Source of the DNA: Kofleriaceae bacterium
Lineage (GTDB): Bacteria > Myxococcota_A > Polyangia > Haliangiales > Haliangiaceae
DNA length: 64,000 nucleotides
Reading direction: 5' to 3'
Assembly (NCBI GenBank): GCA_964203225.1
Contig: CAXNMK010000002.1
Coordinates: forward strand, 417,664 to 481,663
Position 1 is the first letter of the stretch. Every line of letters starts with the position of its first letter. This document shows positions 59,630-64,000 of this stretch, one piece after another. The notes below the pieces were generated by a model. That model was not told where the DNA came from. It made no database searches and saw nothing but the letters and a program-made list of their open reading frames with translations. Made by a program: the position numbers and the translations under genes.

Positions 59630-60862
59630 ATGGGCTGGGCGGATCTGGACAAGCTCGCCGTCGCGCGCCCGCGCCCCGATGGCCGCGCCACGCTGATCGC
59701 CGTCGACGATCGCACCAGCGAGGCGATCACCGAGGTGCGCGCGCTGTCCACGCTGGTCGCGATCTGCCGCGTCACCCGCGGCCGCCAGGTGATCACCGAG
59801 CGCCACGCGGGGCGGGGCGTGGTGGTGTACTCGACGCGCGCGGCGCCGCCTGACTTCATCGTCGAGGCCGTGACCGCCGCCGGCGGCGTGGTGTTCGACG
59901 GCGCGCGCGAGCACACCGCCACCGCGCCGCGCGCCACCACCGTCCTGCTCGACGAGGCGTTCTTCGATCTCGCCACCCGGGTCCGTCGCCGGCTCGGCGC
60001 GCGCGGCTTCGCGGGCACCCTCGAGCTCCTCGAGGACGAGGTCCGGCGCTGCCCGCTGATCGAGCCCACCGCGCGGTGGACCGCGATCCTCGAGCTGGCT
60101 GCGGTCGCCGGCGAGCTCGCCCGCGCCGACGGCGGGGGCGCCTGGGTGCCCGCGCCCACCGAGGCGCTGCCGGTCGCGCTCACCCGCGGCGCGCGCGGCC
60201 CCCTGCGCCCGGGCTCCGCGGCGGCGCTGCTCGTCGACCGCTCCGAGGGCAGCCTGGTCGCGCTGGTCGCGCCCCCCGTGGTGCCCGCGCCGATGGTGAC
60301 ACAGGCAGCCGCCACCTCGCGCGCGATGCCGCTGCTGTGCGCACGCGCCGCCGTGCCCCTCGACTCCCTGACCTGGCTGCCGCTCCTCCCGGCCGAGGCC
60401 GACACCGCCGACCTCCCGGTGATCGTGTTCGTCGAGGATCGCGACGACGCCATCGCCTATCCGCAGAACCAGGGCGCGCCCACCGAGGCCCTGCGCCGCG
60501 AGGCCCTCGCCAACCTCGCCGCCACCGCGTTCGAGATCACCACGGTGCCGGTCCCCGGCGGCCCGCTCGTCGTCGTGACCGGCGGCTTCTACGGCGCCGA
60601 GGCCCTCCTCGATCACGCCACCATGGAGCGCGTCCGCTCCGCGCTCGGCGGCCCCGGCCTGATGGCGGTCGCTGCCCCCGCGCGCGGCCAGCTCCTCGCC
60701 CTCGACGGCGATCGCCTCGCCCTCGACGGCGAGCTCGCCGCCGTGTTCCTCCAGGCTGTTGCCAGCGAGTACGAGCGCGCCGCCGAGGGCGACCGGATCT
60801 CCAGGGTCGTGATCGCCTACGGCGAGCGCCCCGACGGCCGGCTCGCGATCAGCGATGGCTGA
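59630..60862 (+). CDS. Hypothetical protein of 410 aa.
   Basis: The start is translationally coupled to the upstream stop (TGAcATG). The ORF is long and not low complexity. Confidence 0.5.
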   Translation: MGWADLDKLAVARPRPDGRATLIAVDDRTSEAITEVRALSTLVAICRVTRGRQVITERHAGRGVVVYSTRAAPPDFIVEAVTAAGGVVFDGAREHTATAPRATTVLLDEAFFDLATRVRRRLGARGFAGTLELLEDEVRRCPLIEPTARWTAILELAAVAGELARADGGGAWVPAPTEALPVALTRGARGPLRPGSAAALLVDRSEGSLVALVAPPVVPAPMVTQAAATSRAMPLLCARAAVPLDSLTWLPLLPAEADTADLPVIVFVEDRDDAIAYPQNQGAPTEALRREALANLAATAFEITTVPVPGGPLVVVTGGFYGAEALLDHATMERVRSALGGPGLMAVAAPARGQLLALDGDRLALDGELAAVFLQAVASEYERAAEGDRISRVVIAYGERPDGRLAISDG

Positions 60863-60972
60863 CCAGCGCCGACGCGCGCACCCCGCAGCGAGTAGGGGTC
60901 CGGCGAAACCAGCACAACTATCTGTGGATCACTCCAGGCCGTGGCGGGGGCCGTGGCCCACACCGTGGGCGG

Positions 60973-61677
60973 TCAGCCCCGGCGGTGGCAGACGTGATCG
61001 ATGCGGCCAGCGGTCACCTGCGCGAGCACGCGCCCCGGGCCGACCACACACGAGCCGCCCTGGCCGGGCAGGCGGACGTCGCCGGGCGCCCAGTTCGCGT
61101 TCGCGATCGTCAGGTCGTAACGCTGCGCCAGCCGCGTCAGGCGCGACACCCGGTAGTCGGGCTCCTCCACCCACGCGCTCGGGAACAGCAGCACGTCGGC
61201 GGCCTCGAGCTCGGGGGCCGCGTCCGTGGGCAGGAAGTGGACGTCGTAGCAGATCGCGATCGTCACCTTCACGCCCGCGATCTCGACGAGCGGCGAGCGC
61301 TCGGTGCCTGCCGTGGCCCAGGTCTCGGGCATCCATGGGTGACGCTTGCGGTACACGAACACCACGTCGCCGCGGGGATCGAAGCACACCATCGCGTTGA
61401 ACAGTGCCGCGCCCTCGCGCAGCACCAGCGGCGCCACCAGGTGCACGCCGTGCGTCACCGCCAGCGCAGCGCACGCCCGCGCGGTGGGGCCGTCGAGGGG
61501 CTCGGCGAACGGCGTCAGGTCCGAGTCGCTGGTGGGCGACACGTAGCCGTGGATCGCGGCCTCGGGCAGCAGCACCAGATCGGTGGCCGCGTTGGCGGTC
61601 AGCGCGGCATCGACCTCGGCGAGCACGCGGTCCGCCGCGTTCCAGCGCGCCGCGAGCTCGAGGATGGTCAGGCGCAT
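60973..61677 (-). CDS. Carbon-nitrogen hydrolase family protein.
   Basis: The start is MRLTILELAARW.... The Glu-Lys-Cys triad region is present (...LPEAA..., ...YRKRH..., ...AICYD...). Confidence 0.75.
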   Translation of the reverse strand: MRLTILELAARWNAADRVLAEVDAALTANAATDLVLLPEAAIHGYVSPTSDSDLTPFAEPLDGPTARACAALAVTHGVHLVAPLVLREGAALFNAMVCFDPRGDVVFVYRKRHPWMPETWATAGTERSPLVEIAGVKVTIAICYDVHFLPTDAAPELEAADVLLFPSAWVEEPDYRVSRLTRLAQRYDLTIANANWAPGDVRLPGQGGSCVVGPGRVLAQVTAGRIDHVCHRRG

Positions 61678-61840
61678 CCCTTCGCTTATACCGCTGCGGG
61701 GACGGGGTCGAGGACACACCTTGACACCCCGGGGGCCCCGTCCCGTCGATGGATTCAGCGTCCGCGTGGTCCCCGAGATGCCCTCCGTCCGCGACTCCAT
61801 CGTCGGGTGGCCCCGCGCGAGCACATGCTACGCTGGGGTC

Positions 61841-62440
61841 GTGAAGGCCGTGCTCAGCTTGTCCCAGCGGGCGACCTACGCCGACTTTCTCGCCGTCGAG
61901 AGCAGCAGCGAACGTCGGCACGAGTTCCTCGATGGCGTGATCGTCGCGATGGCCGGGGGCTCGGACGAGCACAATGCCATCTCGCTTCGATTCGGCGCGC
62001 TGTTCACCGCGCGCCTTCCCCGTGGCTACCGCGCGTACTCCACCGATCAGCGGTTCTGGATCGCCGCGACAACGCGTGCGCGCTACAGCGACGGTTCGAT
62101 CGTGTGCGGGAAGCCCGAGCACCCCGCGCACGATCCGCACGCGACGACCAACCCGTCGATCGTGGTCGAGGTGCTGTCGCCGAGCAGCGCCGGCGATGAC
62201 GATGGCGACAAGCGCCGCGACTACCAGTCGCTCGCATCGCTGCAGGCGTATGTGGTCGCGGCCCAGGATGCGAGGTCGGTGAGGGTGTACCGCCGAGCCG
62301 AGCACGGCGGGTGGCGGGACGTCCCCGAGGTCTACACGAGCGAGCAGAGCTTCGAGCTACCCGGGCTCGCGCAACCGATCGCGGTCAACGAGGTCTACGA
62401 CGACATCCTCGACGCGGCCGGTCGTTCGCTCCTGCGCTGA
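61841..62440 (+). CDS. Uma2-family (DUF820) endonuclease.
   Basis: Typical motifs ...[23 protein letters not shown]... and ...[12 protein letters not shown]...D...KR..Y are present. Confidence 0.75.
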   Translation: MKAVLSLSQRATYADFLAVESSSERRHEFLDGVIVAMAGGSDEHNAISLRFGALFTARLPRGYRAYSTDQRFWIAATTRARYSDGSIVCGKPEHPAHDPHATTNPSIVVEVLSPSSAGDDDGDKRRDYQSLASLQAYVVAAQDARSVRVYRRAEHGGWRDVPEVYTSEQSFELPGLAQPIAVNEVYDDILDAAGRSLLR

Positions 62441-62453
62441 GCGACCAGCCCGC

Positions 62454-64000
62454 ATGCAGATCTACGACTACCCCGACGGCTACGACGTGATCGTCGTCGG
62501 CGCGGGCCACGCCGGCTGCGAGGCCGCGCTGGCCGCGGCGAGGCTGGGGGCGCGCGTGCTGGTGCTGACCGGCAGCCTCGAGATGGTGGCGCAGATGTCG
62601 TGCAACCCGGCGATCGGGGGTGTGGCGAAGGGGCACCTGGTCAAGGAGATCGACGCCCTCGGCGGGGAGATGGCCGGCGTGATCGACGCGACGGGCATCC
62701 AGTTCCGCCGGCTCAACGCCTCGAAGGGCCCCGCCGTCCGCTCCACGCGCGCGCAGGCCGACAAGCAGCGCTACCGCAACACGATGCGCGGCCGGCTGGA
62801 GCAGCAGCCCGGGCTCGCGCTGCGGCAGGGCGAGGTGGCGCAGCTCGGTGTCGAGGAGGCCGACACCGCCGTCAGCGTGGGCGGCCTCTCCTCGAACCGC
62901 CGCCGCGGGCGGGTGGTCAGCGTCACCACCACGATGGGCGTTCGCTACGGGGCGCGGGCGGTGATCCTGACGACGGGGACGTTCCTGCGCGGGGCGATCT
63001 TCGTCGGCGAGGCTCGCGGGCAGGGCGGGCGGGCCGGGGAGGCGCCGTCGATCGGGCTGTCGACCTCGCTGGGCGGGCTCGGGTTCCCGCTCGCGCGGCT
63101 CAAGACGGGCACGCCGTGCCGGCTCGACATCAAGACGCTCGACGTGGCCGGGCTCGAGCTGCAGCACGGCGACGATCCGCCGCCGATGTTCCGGTGGACG
63201 GCGGTGCCCGGGCGGCCGGTGCTGCCGCAGCTGCCGTGCTGGATCACGTACACGAACGCGCGGACGCACGACCTGATCCGGGACGGGCTGCCGCGCTCGC
63301 CGCTGTACCGCAAGGACATCCAGGGCACGGGGCCGCGCTACTGCCCGAGCATCGAGGACAAGATCGTCCGGTTCGCGGACAAGGAGCGGCACCAGATCTT
63401 CCTCGAGCCCGAGGGGCTGGACAGCGCCGAGGTCTACCCGAACGGGATCTCGACCTCGCTGCCGTACGACGTCCAGCTCGCGTTCCTGCGCACCATCCCC
63501 GGGCTCGAGCGCGCCGAGATGACGCGGCCCGGGTACGCGGTCGAGTACGACTTCATCGATCCGCGCGAGGTGCTGCCGACGCTCGAGACCCGGCGGGTGG
63601 CCGGGCTCTACCACGCGGGGCAGATCAACGGCACCAGCGGCTACGAGGAGGCGGCGGTGCAGGGGCTGCTCGCGGGGATCAACGCGGCGCTCGCGCTCGG
63701 GTTCGGCACCGCGGCGGGGTGGCCGGTGGGCGAGCCGCTGATCCTGCGGCGCGACCAGGCGTACGGCGGCGTGCTGGTCGACGACCTGACGACGCGCGGG
63801 ACGGAGGAGCCGTACCGGATGATGACGTCGCGCGCCGAGTTCCGGCTGCTGCTGCGCGAGGACAACACGGTGGACCGGCTGCTGCCGATCGGCCGCAAGC
63901 TCGGCCTCGTCGACGACGACCGCTGGCGGGCGTACGAGGCGTGGCAGGTCGAGCTGGCGGCGGCGCACGCGCGGGCGCGGCGGGCGTCGGTGACCGGCAG
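62454..64000 (+). CDS. mnmG: tRNA uridine-5-carboxymethylaminomethyl modification enzyme MnmG (GidA). The 3' end is truncated by the window.
   Basis: The FAD motif [16 protein letters not shown] is present, as is ...[11 protein letters not shown]..., with full GidA similarity to the window edge. Confidence 0.95.
   Translation, partial: MQIYDYPDGYDVIVVGAGHAGCEAALAAARLGARVLVLTGSLEMVAQMSCNPAIGGVAKGHLVKEIDALGGEMAGVIDATGIQFRRLNASKGPAVRSTRAQADKQRYRNTMRGRLEQQPGLALRQGEVAQLGVEEADTAVSVGGLSSNRRRGRVVSVTTTMGVRYGARAVILTTGTFLRGAIFVGEARGQGGRAGEAPSIGLSTSLGGLGFPLARLKTGTPCRLDIKTLDVAGLELQHGDDPPPMFRWTAVPGRPVLPQLPCWITYTNARTHDLIRDGLPRSPLYRKDIQGTGPRYCPSIEDKIVRFADKERHQIFLEPEGLDSAEVYPNGISTSLPYDVQLAFLRTIPGLERAEMTRPGYAVEYDFIDPREVLPTLETRRVAGLYHAGQINGTSGYEEAAVQGLLAGINAALALGFGTAAGWPVGEPLILRRDQAYGGVLVDDLTTRGTEEPYRMMTSRAEFRLLLREDNTVDRLLPIGRKLGLVDDDRWRAYEAWQVELAAAHARARRASVTG

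Overview
This is a very GC-rich window with myxobacterium-like gene content: FHA and sigma-54-type regulators, Ser/Thr kinases, an AglZ/FrzS-family coiled-coil protein, DUF4215 Cys-rich repeat and fibro-slime proteins, and a prkA-yhbH-spoVR cluster. It is chromosomal housekeeping plus signalling DNA. No rRNA, tRNA, CRISPR, transposase or integrase was recognised. From left to right the content is: kup (partial), a livJHMGF-type branched-chain amino-acid ABC operon, a cytochrome-c lipoprotein, ybaK, a CDF metal exporter, an FHA/AAA+ regulator, a HAD hydrolase, a THUMP methyltransferase, ffh, an STPK-FGE fusion kinase, a truncated HD-GYP gene, hflX, an ECF sigma/anti-sigma pair followed by a 1560-aa AglZ/FrzS-like pseudo-receiver coiled-coil protein, ald, secA, a Cys-rich lipoprotein, an acyltransferase, ldcA, DUF3467, ruvX, mltG, a fibro-slime protein, the prkA-yhbH-spoVR cluster with a PP2C phosphatase and a metallophosphatase, an OmpA/TSP3 barrel protein with tonB-exbD-exbB, truD, a ChaN lipoprotein, a TPR protein, bamD, a CN-hydrolase, a Uma2 endonuclease, and mnmG (partial). 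The points most worth a second look are these. First, a candidate sigma-54-driven small RNA of about 230 nt, with an intrinsic terminator, lies upstream of ruvX. Second, several perfect short tandem-repeat arrays and a CACGTG-rich palindromic repeat family sit in intergenic regions. Third, four or five apparent frameshifts interrupt otherwise conserved genes. Fourth, there is a GAFTGA-less FHA/AAA+ regulator and a kinase with non-canonical catalytic motifs. Many long antisense or low-complexity ORFs in the six-frame track are GC-driven artefacts and were rejected.
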